A stretch of DNA of 64,000 nucleotides from Eledone cirrhosa (GCA_964016885.1 OZ024742.1:277636001-277700000), one strand, 5' to 3'. Positions 14,858 through 29,406 are shown, numbered from the stretch's first letter. Notes: generated by a model from the letters alone, not told the origin. Made by a program: numbers and translations.

Positions 14858-15006
14858 AGAAAGCATAATGGTGTTGAAAATAGTGATGCTGATGAGGTGG
14901 ATCATGGGAATTATAATGATGATCATGGGGACAATGATGATGATGATGATGATGATAGTGATAATGATGATAAAGGATGATGATGACGGCGATGAAGATA
15001 ATGATA

Positions 15007-15054
<48 letters not shown>

Positions 15055-15081
15055 GGGATAGTGATGACGACGGCGACGACG

Positions 15082-15126
<45 letters not shown>

Positions 15127-15191
15127 GTGGTGATGATGATGATGATGATGATGATGATAAGATGATGAGGATGATGATGATGTTGATGATA

Positions 15192-15248
<57 letters not shown>

Positions 15249-15368
15249 GGGATAGTGATGACGACGGCGACGACGACGAGGATGATGATGATGATGGTGA
15301 TGGTGGTGATGATGATGATGACGACGACGACGAGGAAAACGATGATGATGAGGATGGGGATGGGGATG

Positions 15369-15402
<34 letters not shown>

Positions 15403-15490
15403 AATGGATGATGATGATGATGATGATGATGATAATGATAATGGTTATGATGATGATGATGATGATGACAGCGACGGCGACGATAATATG
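14770..15490. repeat. (GAT)n/(GAC)n trinucleotide tract
   Basis: Direct read. Confidence 0.95.
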
Positions 15491-15786
15491 ACGGCCGTTG
15501 TGGTGGAGGCGGCGGCAGGGATATATGTCTTACTGTTACTGCTACAGTAATGTCAGTGGGGCTGCTGTCAGTGGGGCTGCTGCTGCTGATGATGATGATG
15601 GTGATGGTGGCGAAACATTAAAATCCAACATGGCGGAAGCCAGTAAAGTGCTGGGTCTTTCCGTTTAGTTTCCTGTCAAGATGGAGAAGAGGTTTTTATT
15701 ATTTATTCGCCCCTCCCTACCAACTCCACCCACTGCAAGGAGCTATCATAAAGGACCTATGATTATCTCTTTCCGTTTTCAGAGGC

Positions 15787-15819
<33 letters not shown>

Positions 15820-15885
15820 GAATGAATGTCTTTATGTGTGTGTGTGTGTACACGTGCACACCTGCGTTTGTGTGTACGTCTGTTG

Positions 15886-15949
<64 letters not shown>

Positions 15950-15987
15950 ACACACGTGCACGCCTGCTTTTGTGTGTCCACCTGTTG

Positions 15988-16023
<36 letters not shown>

Positions 16024-16027
<4 letters not shown>

Positions 16028-16211
16028 CGAAGGAAATGTGGTAAGGAACCAGGTGGACCATAACGCACCAAAGTACTCAATACTTAGGGTAGTAGAGTGG
16101 GTAATAGGAACAAGTAAGACCCCGACGGCTGAGCTCAAGCCGTTTCGACGGCTAATTCTGAATTAGCCGTCGAAACGGCTTGAGCTCAGCCGTCGGGGTC
16201 TTACTTGTTCC

Positions 16212-16243
<32 letters not shown>

Positions 16244-16437
16244 ACAAAGGAATTGTGGTAAGGAACCAGATGAACCATAACGCACCAGAGTACTCAATAC
16301 TTAGGGTAGTAGAGTGGGAAATAGGAAAAAGTATGACCCCGACGGCAGAGCTCAAGCCGTTTCGACGGCTATTTCTGGACTGAAATAGCCGTCGAAACGA
16401 CTTGAGCTCTGCCGTCGGGGGTCATACTTTTTCCTAT
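16024..16437. mobile_element. Two diverged fold-back modules, each containing the 3' half of a hammerhead
   Basis: Hairpin centres near 16159 and 16378; stem-GAAA-cggct tgagctc agccg-TC-ggggtc. Confidence 0.75.
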
Positions 16438-16448
16438 ATATATATATG

Positions 16449-16526
<78 letters not shown>

Positions 16527-17063
16527 ATATATATATACATATATATAATATAATATATATATGTGTGTGTGACTTTGTGTGTGTGTTAGTTAGTGCGTAT
16601 GTATCTGTGTAGCATAGAAGTTCGTATGGTTTTAAGTTCGATTCCCGGTAGTACGTTCTTGAGAAAAAACCCTTGATTTCATGGTGTTCTAGTCCACACA
16701 GAGCTGTACCTGTAATTAAAAGGGTCAGTTTTGTCACACATTATATTCCACTGAATCTTCCTGAGAGCCACGTTATGGAACGTACAGTTACTAAACATTT
16801 ATTTCACGAGCAAGCTGTTCCGGTGATTAAAAAAGAAAGAAAAAAGAACACGCATCGCTGAAATCGACTGAGGTTTAAAATTCACTTGTGTGTATTAATA
16901 CGTCGATGTGTTGGTATATATATATATATATTAACCTGTGTGTGTGTGCTCGTGCGTGTGTGTGTGTATGTCTATGCCTGTTAATATGTATGCGTGCATG
17001 ATTGTGTATGTGTGTGTAGGCCTATATGGATTTGTAACCGAATAAAAGGGTTAACTTGCTCAC

Positions 17064-17126
<63 letters not shown>

Positions 17127-17285
17127 ATTTTTATTTACATTTCAGGAATGTATAATTTTTCTTTCTTTCCTGTCATCTTTCTTCCTATTTTTCTTTCGTT
17201 AATCCATTTGTGTATTCCTCTGTTCTGACACTGTAACAAGCTGCTCTTGTCAGCGACCATATCAAGCAAGTTTTCTCACCGTTCG

Positions 17286-17328
<43 letters not shown>

Positions 17329-18237
17329 GTCAAGGAGATGATACGAAAGAGTACAGTGAAGTACTCTGGTGTTGATGAGGTTAGATGTGTGCGGTTAACG
17401 TCTTATATATATAAATAAGACCTTTAGTGTTTGGTCCTGTTTAAAGGTTTCTGCCTGAGAAACAACTGCTGGAAATAATATCAATCTTTCTCTATGGAGC
17501 TTGACTGATCTCATATGTGTGTACATCTCGTTACTATCTTTTCTTTGTCTTATTTTGTCGTTCTATCTGTTCTGGTTGTTTTATTACACACACATCATAC
17601 CAGCAGTAAAACAATATTTTTCTGTTACACGATCAAGCATTTTAAAATTGTAGACTGAATTAAACCGTGCAAAACCATTTTGCTGGTTAGAGAGCTGATG
17701 AGGGTGAAGATGTGTGTGTGAACTTGTATTGTACATCGCCTTTCTTTATTTCTTTCTTCCAGTCGCTTTTATGCACCAACACACTTCTCCTTGTCCACCC
17801 GCCTCTCTCAGTTTTTTCTGTATTTCATCTATCTGTTACCCACATCGTGGATTGTCTTTCTGCCGACCACTGGCCGCTGATCTCTATCCACTGCGACATT
17901 TTTGCCCATCAATGTCATCGACAGCATTTAGCTGCCTTAACAGCTGTTCTAACGATGAGTTTTCTCATTTTTCTCTGAATTCAAATATACTTCGTCTCGA
18001 TCAAAGACAAGAATATTTATTCATCTGGTCCAGGTGGAGGAATAATCATCCACTTACATGTTAATTTATTGAGTAGGCTTTTCTGTTGATCTACCAAATG
18101 ATTGCTCATTGTCTAAACAGGCAGGAAATATGCCTGTATGTATGGGAGTATCTACTCGAATACGTGCGCCCCCCCCCACACAAACACATATATATATATA
18201 TATATATGTGTGTATGTATATACATATATATATATGC

Positions 18238-18300
<63 letters not shown>

Positions 18301-18320
18301 TATATATGTGTGTGTGTATG

Positions 18321-18366
<46 letters not shown>

Positions 18367-18388
18367 TATATATATGTGTGTGTGTATG

Positions 18389-18447
<59 letters not shown>

Positions 18448-18756
18448 TAGGAGCCCACTTGAATATATATCTATTGATGGTATACAAGCTCCTACATAAA
18501 TTGGTATAATTTCACCCAAATTGTAGGAATGCTATAATGAAACGAGACGTCCGTCCGGGAAGAGATATATTAGATATGTCTCATATGAAATAATACAGCC
18601 AATTTTCCACGCAATACTTTTAGTTACCACCCCGAACGCATAATTGGGAATATAATCACTTATTTCCTAATGTTTGTTGAGTGAGTTGGAATTTGGCCGG
18701 AGTATCGCTAAAAAGCTTTCTCCGATATTGTATTTATTATATATATATATATATAT

Positions 18757-19299
18757 AGAATAGAATGAAACGAAATTTCATTTCTCACTCTTAGTACGGC
18801 ACTTACTTAAATGTAAGTGTCTATGTATGTATACGTACATACATATATGTATACAGACGTACAGTATGCCGTACTAAGAGTGAGAAATGAAATTTCGTTT
18901 CATTCTATTCCATTTATCGTTTTCGGTGCGCCCGGCCGACTGAACTCACTCGATATGCAAATTAGGCTGCTCAGCTGTTAATATGCATAAGGAAAGTATA
19001 TACTTTCAGACGTTCAACCATCTGGCAGGAAGGTATACGATGCTGACGATAGCTAATAAGCTTGAAACTAGTACATCGTTCCTGTGTCAGTGTTGAACAA
19101 AAAGGTGACGTGGTTGCCTAAACACTGTATGGCGTAATTCGGGCTTGTTTACAAACAAACAAACCGAGCATTATAATAAATGTTCGGTAAACCGATACGT
19201 GTATATATATATGTGTGCATGTATGTATATATATACATACTACTGTACGTCTGTATACATATATGTATGTACGTATACATACATAGATACTTACATTTA
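18757..19299 (+). mobile_element. Family B retrozyme-like element: about 440-nt permuted monomer plus inverted arm 18757-18866
   Basis: Sequence order permuted relative to 34222-34509; HHR at 19037-19079; (TA)n both sides. Confidence 0.8.
19037..19079 (+). ncRNA. Minimal type I hammerhead ribozyme motif
   Basis: acgatg CTGACGA t agct-aata-agct t GAAA ctag TA catcgt; palindromic stem III ACTAGT. Confidence 0.9.
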
Positions 19300-19550
19300 T
19301 ATATATATATATATATTATATTATATTTAGAGTATTATATTATATTTAGAGTAATAATCTCAAACAGTCCTTTACAATTAATTAGCTCAAAGAAAGAAGC
19401 ATTTCTGAGCCGGGTTTGTTTTTATTGATTTATTATTTTAAATCGAGACAGGCAAACTATATTTATTTGAATTAGTTTATTTCATTCTAGCTAACTTGGT
19501 CATTTACAATACAAACACCTATGTGTTTATCATATATTAATTTATATTAA

Positions 19551-19635
<85 letters not shown>

Positions 19636-19638
<3 letters not shown>

Positions 19639-20140
19639 TTTTGAGTTTATGTTGGTTGTATACCAACACCTCAGTATGCAGGCTGGAGCACTCGACGAAG
19701 TGCGCAGGTTGGTTTGGGTACTCCGGAGTAGTGTAAAATAAAGTTAAATAAAAGTCAAATGATTAAAATTTAGCTTCGTTTATTACTGCTATATATATTT
19801 TTCAGTGACAGCCATCTTTGGCTGTGACCTCTTCAGGCAGTTTGAATTAGTATGGTATAGACAAGTACATATGTTGTTTAGGTGTATGATATTGTCAATA
19901 CTCTGATATGCCCAGTTCCTTGCTGGGTTGTTAATTCCCCAGTGAATTAACAACCCAGCAAGGAACTGGGCATATCAGAGTATTGACAATATCATACACC
20001 TAAACAACATATGTACTTGTCTATACCATACTAATTCAAACTGCCTGAAGAGGTCACAGCCAAAGATGGCTGTCACTGAAAAATATATATAGCAGTAATA
20101 AACGAAGCTAAATTTTAATCATTTGACTTTTATTTAACTT

Positions 20141-20147
<7 letters not shown>
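19636..20147. mobile_element. Fold-back element with about 204-bp apparently identical arms, HHR in each arm
   Basis: Arms 19734-19937 and 19944-20147; actgc CTGAAGA ...acagcc-aaagat-ggctgt... GAAAAA tatata TA gcagt at 20040-20096 (+) and 19785-19841 (-). Confidence 0.85.
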
Positions 20148-20179
<32 letters not shown>

Positions 20180-20182
<3 letters not shown>

Positions 20183-20500
20183 AAAAGATAACAAGGACGA
20201 TTGGTTACTCCTTCATTACATTTATTGGTAGGTGACGCGCGTTTCGCCACTGATCAGCTTTAAAGTGTCCGTCGAGCTGCCGATTATTGAGTCGGGTAAG
20301 ATCGATACAGATCGAACCTTGAGCGGATCCGTGGTGAAACGCGCGTCACCTACCAATAAATTTAATGAAGGAGTAACCAATCGTCCTTGTTATCCTTTCA
20401 ATATATTACACTCTGTATAGCTCTACACCTCAACACAGAAGTGAACCTAAACATCGAGTGCTCACCCGGGTGAACCTGCAGTAACTCCAAGTTACACTCC
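20180..20500 (+). mobile_element. Module with about 70-bp inverted ends and variant HHR-like fold (20265-20351)
   Basis: 20180-20250 inverted vs 20330-20402; CCGTCGA...GAAA cgcgcg TC. Confidence 0.65.
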
Positions 20501-20520
20501 CTATATATATATATATATAT

Positions 20521-21821
20521 ATGTCACATTTTAAAAGCTAAAATCGTCAAATTTTCTTCTGTGAATTTTGTTTTTCTCTCTCTTTTCAGACCCAGTAATA
20601 CCCTTCACAAAACAAGAGAAGTGGTTTTGCGTCCGAGAATTCGCTAAAACTGAGTCATGGACACGTGCTTAACGTAAATTTCCTACACAGTTTACAAAGC
20701 AGCCACCAGAAAGAGGTACCATTTTAAATTGGCACGCAAAATGTAAGGAGAAAGGGTGTTTGTTTCAGGCAAAGAAAACAGGACGCCCTTCAACTTCAGA
20801 TGATACGTTTGAATAAGTTCAAAATGCCTTCCAGCGGAGCCCCCAGAAATCAGTCAGAAGAGCTAGTCGAGAAATTCAGCTTTCATCAACAGCTGTTTGG
20901 CGCGTTTTATGGAGACGACTTCATATGTCACCTTACAGGCTGCAATTGGTTCAACAGCTGAAGGGCACTGATAAACCAGCTCACTATGAATTTTGCACAG
21001 ATATGCTGGAGAAGTTGGAAGATGACGGATTTTATAACCACCTTAGCAATGAGGTGACCTTCCAATTAAGTGGAAAAGTAAACAAGCAAAACAGACGCAT
21101 ATGGAGAACTGAGAACCCTCATGTAACTCTTGAGCATGTGCGACATTCCTCTAAAGTAAACGTGTCAAAGAAACATGTCAAAGAAACGTGTGTATGGACC
21201 ATTCTTCTTTGAAGGAGAAACAGTCAATGGTGAAGCGTACCTTGTCATGCTGCAAAATGCTTGATGGATGAACTACATGAGGAAGAGTCTGCAGACAGTG
21301 AGGTGGTAGTATCCCATCCTGTTGGATGGGATACCACCTCACTAGAATCTTAGAGTTAGACAGTATCTAAAAACCACTCTGACAGTCAGGTTGATCGGAC
21401 GTTCCGGAAAAACTGATCACGTGCTGCTGTAATGGATCCTTGGGTCCCCAGACCTCATACCATGTAACTTCTTCCTCTGGGGGTATGTAAAAGGGCTGGT
21501 GTACGTATCTCTCCTTCCCAGAGACGTAGTTGACCACAATACTCAAATAACTGGAGCTTTTACAGCCATTGACAACGCTATGATAGGTCGCGTTTGGGAA
21601 GAAATGAATTATCGTTTGGATGTGTGTCGTGTAACCCGCGGTGAGCACATTGAACACCTCTAAAAAAAGTTTAATAATAAATGAATTTCTTGCACTTTTG
21701 TGTTCAAAGTTTTTGTACAGAAACTTGAAAAGATTAGCTTTCAGGAAATGTAAAGCGTTTTGATATCTTCAATAGTTACTATGATATAAAGTGCCATAAT
21801 GTGACATTTACACTTGGAACA

Positions 21822-21825
<4 letters not shown>
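20521..21825 (+). mobile_element. Decayed Tc1/mariner element (maT/DD37D-like)
   Basis: KKTGRPSTS, FQRSPQKSVRRASRE, TFQLSGKVNKQN, SPDL.PC.FFLWGYVK; TIR remnant atgtcacatt / aatgtgacat...cactgTA. Confidence 0.9.
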
Positions 21826-21900
<75 letters not shown>

Positions 21901-21993
21901 CAAGAAACTGTTTTTAGTGCCAAAACATCTATGATCTGCGGTTAACAGCTGATGAAGGATTTCTTCTCTTGTTTCGTCCATATTACCATCTTA

Positions 21994-22042
<49 letters not shown>

Positions 22043-22241
22043 CATGATATTGATGGACGTGCGATCGAATGCTCAATATCAAAATAGTGTTTAAATATTT
22101 TTTATTATAGCAGTGGTGAGTCTTGTTTCTCTGGAGTTTTTTCTGCGTACTTACGGAATCATCAGACAATTGAGATCATGATCCTGTGAGTACAAACGTT
22201 AAACTATAGAGTAGCAAGTCTCATCATTTGGCCATAATAAA

Positions 22242-22342
<101 letters not shown>

Positions 22343-22436
22343 TATATTATACATTCATATTCATATTGGCACACACACACTTCTTATGGAATACCGAAGC
22401 GCTGGGTGATTTGAAAGTTGAAAATGTGGCCATTTT

Positions 22437-22470
<34 letters not shown>

Positions 22471-22528
22471 TGTATGTATGTATGTATGTATGTATGTATG
22501 TATGTATGTATGTATGTATGTATGTATT

Positions 22529-22976
22529 AGGAGCTCTTAAGAGTCAATGGCCATCCAAAATCACTGGGAGAGATGACCCCTTAGCCTTTGTCAAGGCAGA
22601 ATTCTAGGAGAAGGAAAACTCTGATATAACACCTGCAACCCTGATGGTATCCAATGATGTTGACTTGTTCTTCTTTTTGGTAAATATCATCTTGGTTAAG
22701 AGAGTGGGACTGGCTTTGTGCAGTGCCTTTGCTCACTATAAAAGCTTCACGGCACAGGCATTGCTTTATATCTGGAGATCTCTCTGCACTTGCCGTCACA
22801 TGGTACCATGGGCCCAGCACTATGTGTCAATAATTGTCACAAGTGTAGTGTTTGTACCAGAGTTTTCAAGTCGCTGACTGGACTAAAAAGTCACACTCGT
22901 TCAGCGCATCGGTAGGGGTTCTCCTACATGGATATAAAGTAGTGGCCGTACTCGAAAACGAGTTGGCAGCCACCAT
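22529..22976 (+). mobile_element. RTE-derived non-autonomous element, 5'-truncated
   Basis: 3' part encodes C2H2 remnant CSVCTRVFKSLTGLKSHTRSAH; high similarity to 32405-34172; in (TATG)n. Confidence 0.75.
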
Positions 22977-23189
22977 GTATTATGTATGTATGTATGTATG
23001 TATATATTAGATACATACATAATTCATCATCAAGTTTAACAGAAACAGACAGTCAAGCAGGGATATATATATATATATATATATATATCCCTGCTATATA
23101 TATATATAATAGAGAAAACGAGGAAGTTTGAAACTTGAACCGTTAAGGTCTCATTCCTGGCTATGTCAAGATTTATAAAACAAACTTTG

Positions 23190-23250
23190 TATTTTATCTG
23201 ATGAGAGCGTACCAAAGTTTTGGTACCATTGAAATATATATAATAGAATA
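23190..23250 (+). ncRNA. Type I hammerhead motif, related to the 41-kb family
   Basis: tattttat CTGATGA gagc gtacca-aagttt-tggtac catt GAAA tatata TA atagaata. Confidence 0.7.
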
Positions 23251-23383
23251 AAGATGGTTTTATAAATATAGTTTCAATTTATTTATATCATTGATATTAT
23301 ACTCCAGAAAACTTGTCGAGTGCTTTGAATCTGTTATAAATATATATATTTGTTGAATTACCAACAAAATAAATATCCCTTTG

Positions 23384-23456
<73 letters not shown>

Positions 23457-23749
23457 GAGACAAAAAGAATATTGAAACGAAGAGATTAAATACATTTTAA
23501 AACAGAATCTTTGAGTAAATCTTGCAATCAAGCTTCAAGGTATTTATGATACTAACTGTTATGACCGAGGAGGAGGAAGAGAAGAAGCATGGAGACGACG
23601 ACGGCGAAGACAACGACAAAGACGCTGTGGAACTTGGTTTATCTCACTTGTCTAAGATTCCTCAGACTTTATTCTGTCTGTTACAGAAATCACTGATAAG
23701 AACATAGAGAAAAATTAGTCTGTGGAGTTAAAATAAAAAAAAAATATAT

Positions 23750-23921
23750 ATAATGATGATGATGATGATGATGATGGTTATTACAGTGATGATGATGATG
23801 ATGATGGTGATAGTGATGATGATGATGGTGAAGATGATGATGATGATAATGATGATGATAGATAATGATGATAGTGATGGTCATGATAATGATGATGATG
23901 ATGGTGAAGATGATTACGACA

Positions 23922-23969
<48 letters not shown>

Positions 23970-24870
23970 ATGATAATGCTGATAATGATGATAGATAACG
24001 ATGATAGTGATGATGATGATGATGCTGATAGTGATGTTGATGATAATGATGATGACGATGATGGTGAAGATGATTACGACAATGATGATGATGATGATGA
24101 TAATGATGGTGAAGATGATTACGATAATGATGATGACAATGATGATGATTATGATGATTGCAGTGATGATGATGATGATTACGATGATAACAGTCACCGC
24201 TCCCCACACCACCACCACCACCACCACTGCCACCACCTCCACCACCACCACCACCACCACCACCACCACCACCACCACCACCACCACCACAACCACCACC
24301 ACCACAACCACCACCACCACAACTACCACCACCACCACCACCACCACCACAACCACCACCACCACAACCACCACCACCACAACTACCACCACCACCACCA
24401 CCACCACCACCACCACCACCACTGCCACCACCTCCACAACCACCACCACCACCACCACCACCACCACCACCACCATCACCACCACCACCACAACCACCAC
24501 CACCACAACTACCACCACCACCACCACCACCACCACCACCACCACCACAACCACAACCACCACCACCACCACCATCACAACCCCCCTTTAACAATCACCG
24601 CCACCACCACCGCCACCACCACTACCACAACCACCACAACAACCATCACCACCACCACAACCACCACCAACACCACAACCACCACCACCACCATCACCCC
24701 CCTCCAACAATCACCTCCACCACCACCACCAACAACAGCAACAACACCACCACCACAACTACTATCATCACCATTCTCACCATCAACGTCGCCACTAGCA
24801 CCATCACCATCATCATCAATAATACAACAACCACGACAACAGCAGCAGTAACAACAATAACATCAACAAC
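23750..24870. repeat. (GAT)n tract switching to (CAC)n/(CAA)n
   Basis: Direct read; source of the poly-D/H/T/V/G ORFs. Confidence 0.95.
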
Positions 24871-25014
24871 AACAATTGTAGCAACTTAAAATTTATTTGG
24901 AGAAGAATTTGACCGATTTCAGAAGCCGTGCAGTTGTAATTAATGCCTCATTTATAATTTTTATAATTTGGTATTGATTAATTCTAGAAACGTCGAATGA
25001 ATGTGTGTGTGTAC

Positions 25015-25049
<35 letters not shown>

Positions 25050-25051
<2 letters not shown>

Positions 25052-26513
25052 TCAAGTATCGAGAGAGAGAAAAAAGGAAAAATAAGCGATACATATATTT
25101 AGTTGCCAATAGTTTGTGCAAATGTGCTCAATATTTATACCTACATGGTTAAATATTAGAAGCGTTAATATTTAGTGGGCGAGAAAATAAGCAGAGCGGT
25201 TACAAAAGAAATGTATACAAAGGAGTATATACCGTTAAAACATGTTTATATAACAATGCACCTACGTACGTTTCGCCCAGAACGGGCTTCTCAAGGGCAT
25301 AGAAAACAAACAAAAAATGATCAGTACGCGACCCAGGAGGGGTTTTAAATCTAAATTCACATCAGAGTTCATTCTTCGCTTAAGTACATGTGTTGTTATT
25401 GCCGCAGAGCAGGGGGAGTAACTCTGGCCGGTGCTTGAATAATCTTGTCCGACTGGCTTTTTTACCCGTTCACATGATGGTGTTTTGCGTTATTATTTTG
25501 TGGGTGCTGCTTTACTAATGCCGTTTCGAGCTGGGTCTGGGATGCATATTTATTATTTTGTAGGTGCTGCTTTACTAATGCCGGTTCGAGCCGGGTCTGG
25601 GATGCATATTTAGTTCACAGATGTTTGTTTACGCTGCCTGCCCACCGGAGTGTTATGGTTTGGGCAGGGGGACACAGTTTATATTTTTCATGTCACAGTC
25701 GCTTCTCACCCGAAGTAAGACGCTTGTATTCGGTGCTTACAGTTTATGACTGATTCGGCTCTGCTGTTTATGAGCTAGTGGGGTGTACTTATGATGTAGT
25801 AAAGCTCCATGAGGCAAAGATCGCACTTCCTCTTGAAATTGTAGGTTGCAGCCCTACCGACAATATCCCAGTGTGTGGAGAAGCTGATGTTGGCGTCTTT
25901 TAATGTAATGACGTAATTGGCAAGTGACGTGGAGTGCCTTAGTTTTTTGTTCCTGAAAGAGTGGCGATGTGTTCTAAATCTCGTTTTGAACTGGCCAGAG
26001 ATGGCCCCTATATAGTGTTTAACTCCATTATGGCTAGTTATGGTGCACCTATAAATAACCTTATTAGTCAGGCAGTTTCCACTGAGAGGGCAGCCTCCCC
26101 TGTCACGACAGTTGCATTTTCTGCTACGGTCGCTCCTAGTTCCTGAAGTAAAGCTATTACTATTGATACCTATGTTGTTATCTATGTCTCTAACTCGGTC
26201 ATTGGTACTGTTATATCTCGAGGCGTGCGGGGTAGTACCATTATCCCTCCGCACACCGCCGCCCATTCCGTTGCCGGTGGGTGACCCGTGCGGGTTACCA
26301 GCATATTCACCAGTCTCTACTTGGTTATGTCGGTTTCGTCTGCCGGGGCTGCCACCAACACCATTGGGTGCTGTTAGGGAGACGTTAAGGCTATTAGTGT
26401 TGTTGTCGGGTCTAGATGTATCTGTGGATCTGGTGATCTTACTGTGATTAGTTGCACCTATGATGTCTGCTAGATTAGGGGTGGTAGAGAAGGATATTTT
26501 GATATTGTTCCTA
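25050..26513 (-). mobile_element. Truncated PLE: GIY-YIG ORF (25775-26513) plus 3' region with HHR-like motif at 25256-25300
   Basis: RNNIKISFSTTPNL, CNCRDRGGCPLSGNC, VIYRC...YIGAISGQFKTRFRTH; atgcc CTTGAGAA gccc-gttct-gggc GAAA cgtacg TA gg. Confidence 0.9.
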
Positions 26514-27900
26514 CCGTATATATTCGCGTATAGGTCGCACTTTTTAAACGATAAATAAGTATACATTTTTGGGGTGCGACCTATCCGATCGACATCAGAC
26601 TGACCAATGATTTTTCATAGACTTAATCAACGATGGGTATTTATAAAAATAACTTTGTTAATATTTTTTATTATTTAACATAATAATTTCATATATCTAC
26701 CTTCTTATATATTTCTTGATTTTAAATTTTTTACTAAAACTTCGTAGTGTTTACGTTTTTTCTATCTGACCGAAACCATCCGTCATTAAAATCCATAGAA
26801 ATGCATACCCGGTATTTAAAATGTGATTTCATTGTCTTAGCGTTGCTATGAACATGTATTGTGACGTATTTACTTTAACAGGAAACAGATTATTGCACGT
26901 GGCGTTTCTTTTCAAAATTAGCAATTGAGAAAAGTTGATAGTTGAATTTTTTTTTTATAATTCACTGAGAAATATGAATTCTGGTAAGAGAAAAAGTTAT
27001 CAAACAGTTTTCAAGTTAAAGGTGGTTGGTTATGACTATTATAACGAATGCACAGATTATAACGAATGCACATATGAAGAAATGAAAAAACTATTTAATT
27101 AACAGGTGTAAATGTAATAACTTTATGGATAAACACAAAAATTTAAACTTTATCTGCCTTTCCTGTTAGATTTGTCGCAAAAAAATTCAATAATTACCTA
27201 GATGTTGACTTCCATCAATTCTAGCAGTTTTTCGAACAGGTGAATTAATTAAAAATGCAGATATAATCAGTACAAGGTTTTAGTCTTTCTCTACATTCCA
27301 GGCAAATATTTTCATTGAAAAAAATGTATAAAACCTTTTCACCAGTCAAAATAATATTTGCAATGTACTCTTACACAATGTACGGTGTAAATTTACGTAA
27401 CAGAGTGTTCCCAATATATAAGTTCATTAACAGGTGTGAACATGTATTGGTGTTTTATCTTTCAACCACGTTGCTGTAATATTTTCAATGGTGTCCGTCA
27501 GATCTTCGCTTTCACTTTCAAAGTAACTATCATCGTCAGAAATAAATACGTCTGATTCATTTGAAGATAAATCACTAATATTATCTTGTGTTTCTTTTTC
27601 ATTTCGAATGTCGTCGCATGTAAAACCTTCAAAGTCGGTATTCGCTACTTTGGGAAGCCATGTTGATACGCTAAAAATCTGTTATACTTTCAACGTTAAA
27701 AAACACTTTATTTCAAGTTGTTTCACTATATTAAGAGTTAATTTTCGCGCTTATCTCGCAGTAATCTCGAATTGACGAAATTTCGATGACGTTAATGTTT
27801 ACTTTATAAACATTAAAGCTAACATTATTAGTTTCAATTATCATAAAAAATAGTAGTTTTACGGCCCAAATTTCAGTGCGACCTATCTGCGAGTCAATGG
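26512..27900. mobile_element. pogo/Tigger-like non-autonomous DNA transposon relic inserted at TA, truncating the PLE
   Basis: TA-ccgtatatattcgcgtataggtcgcac end with inverted gtgcgacctat at about 26574 and 27876. Confidence 0.5.
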
Positions 27901-28204
27901 CAAATAGCCTATTTGTTAAATGAAAAGTGGGATAAGAAATAATAGACACAGATATATACCTATTTTTTCTTCAATGTCCCGACTGTACAGTTTCGCTGGT
28001 CATTGTGTAACAATCTTATATCATAGAGATGCAGCATTCTTGTGAGGTAAGCCAGCTTTTCAAGGGAACACCCCAGGGAAAGAGCGCTTCCAGACACGTC
28101 CGTAGCAAACGAGAAAATCTCAAAAAGGTGGAGGGAGATATTATCACGTGATACACCGATCCAGATAGATGATCTTTTCTCACTTACCCCATTCCTCACC
28201 CAAC

Positions 28205-29045
28205 ATGGTTTTACTTAGAATAGGCAGTGTAAATGTATGTGGCCTGGGGTCATCTTAGAAGCAGGGCCACCTGCTTAACGACCTAAACATAGATGTGGTG
28301 GCCATCAGCGAGACCGGAATTTCCGAAGCACGAGACTTCGCACTGATATTCGGCGGCTATGCATCTCCCAGCCGTGCGGGAGCGGGGGGCGGAGTTGCAT
28401 TGCTTTTTAGGAGCGGTTTAGATCTTGCCATACGGGCCATCTTCCTGGACCCAGAAAGTAAGTCGGTGGTGCTGGACGTGACCAGCAGTGAAGTCAATGC
28501 TTTCAGGCTAGAAGCCGCCTACGCCCCAAAAGGGGCAGGACGGCCAGATTTCTTCAGACGTTTAGAGACCTTTCTGGGAACGTCCTGCTCTATAGTGTTA
28601 GTGGGCGACTGGAACGTATCTTAGATACACGCTGGGATTATTGAATTGATGGTGAACAGGTGTGGTCGCCGTTTGCCAGATGCGTTTTTCCCCAGCTAAT
28701 CTCCTTGACGGAGCTGCAGTCCTAGGCCAGGAAAAAACCTAGAGATAGCGCTTGGAAGCTGGAATGTCTCCAAGCGCTCAACGCCTTCTACCTGCTGGGC
28801 ACTAGTATCGGTGGAACATCCACATCGGCGTTCTATAGAGGACTAGTGGAGAGGAAGAGCGGCGACGTTCTTGAGGAGACCCTGGGCGTCGAAGAAGATC
28901 AGCTGTTCGCTCTCTTCGAGAGAACTTTCAGCCCGGGGCCTATGGATAACTTACAGAAATCCCTGGCCTGACAGTGCTATTGGAAAGCGTTGCCGGTTCG
29001 AGATAAACTCTACAAACACGGAAGGCCTTTGTGGTCAATAAATGA
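28205..29045 (+). mobile_element. Internally deleted Tx1/L1-clade LINE relic (APE endonuclease joined to ORF2 C-terminus)
   Basis: IGSVNVCGL, DVVAISETG, AYAP, LVGDWN, then CYWKALPVRDKLYKHG; no RT between them. Confidence 0.75.
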
Positions 29046-29264
29046 AACCATTATAATTACTATATATATATTAAGTAAGTATGTTTTGAAACAGCGAGCG
29101 AGTTTGAAATTAGAAATAGAAGCTTTCGCCGTATTTTTTGACTAAAACAATTTTAACCTGATAGTGGGGCTTAGAACCCTCTAAGAAATGATATATATAT
29201 ATATAACAGTGGATCGACAAGATCCCATACCTCATTCGGAGTGTGGTAGAACTCGTCAAATCGG

Positions 29265-29338
<74 letters not shown>

Positions 29339-29356
29339 TAATATATATATATATAC

Positions 29357-29406
<50 letters not shown>

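Noticed and set aside
19734-20147. Palindromes as MITEs or assembly artefacts
   Set aside because: Arms are asymmetric, contain HHRs and in most modules differ by substitutions; an artefact is not excluded for this near-perfect one without reads
23781-24851. Long poly-H/T/D/G/V ORFs (also 14772-15491 and 54953-55339)
   Set aside because: Trinucleotide repeats
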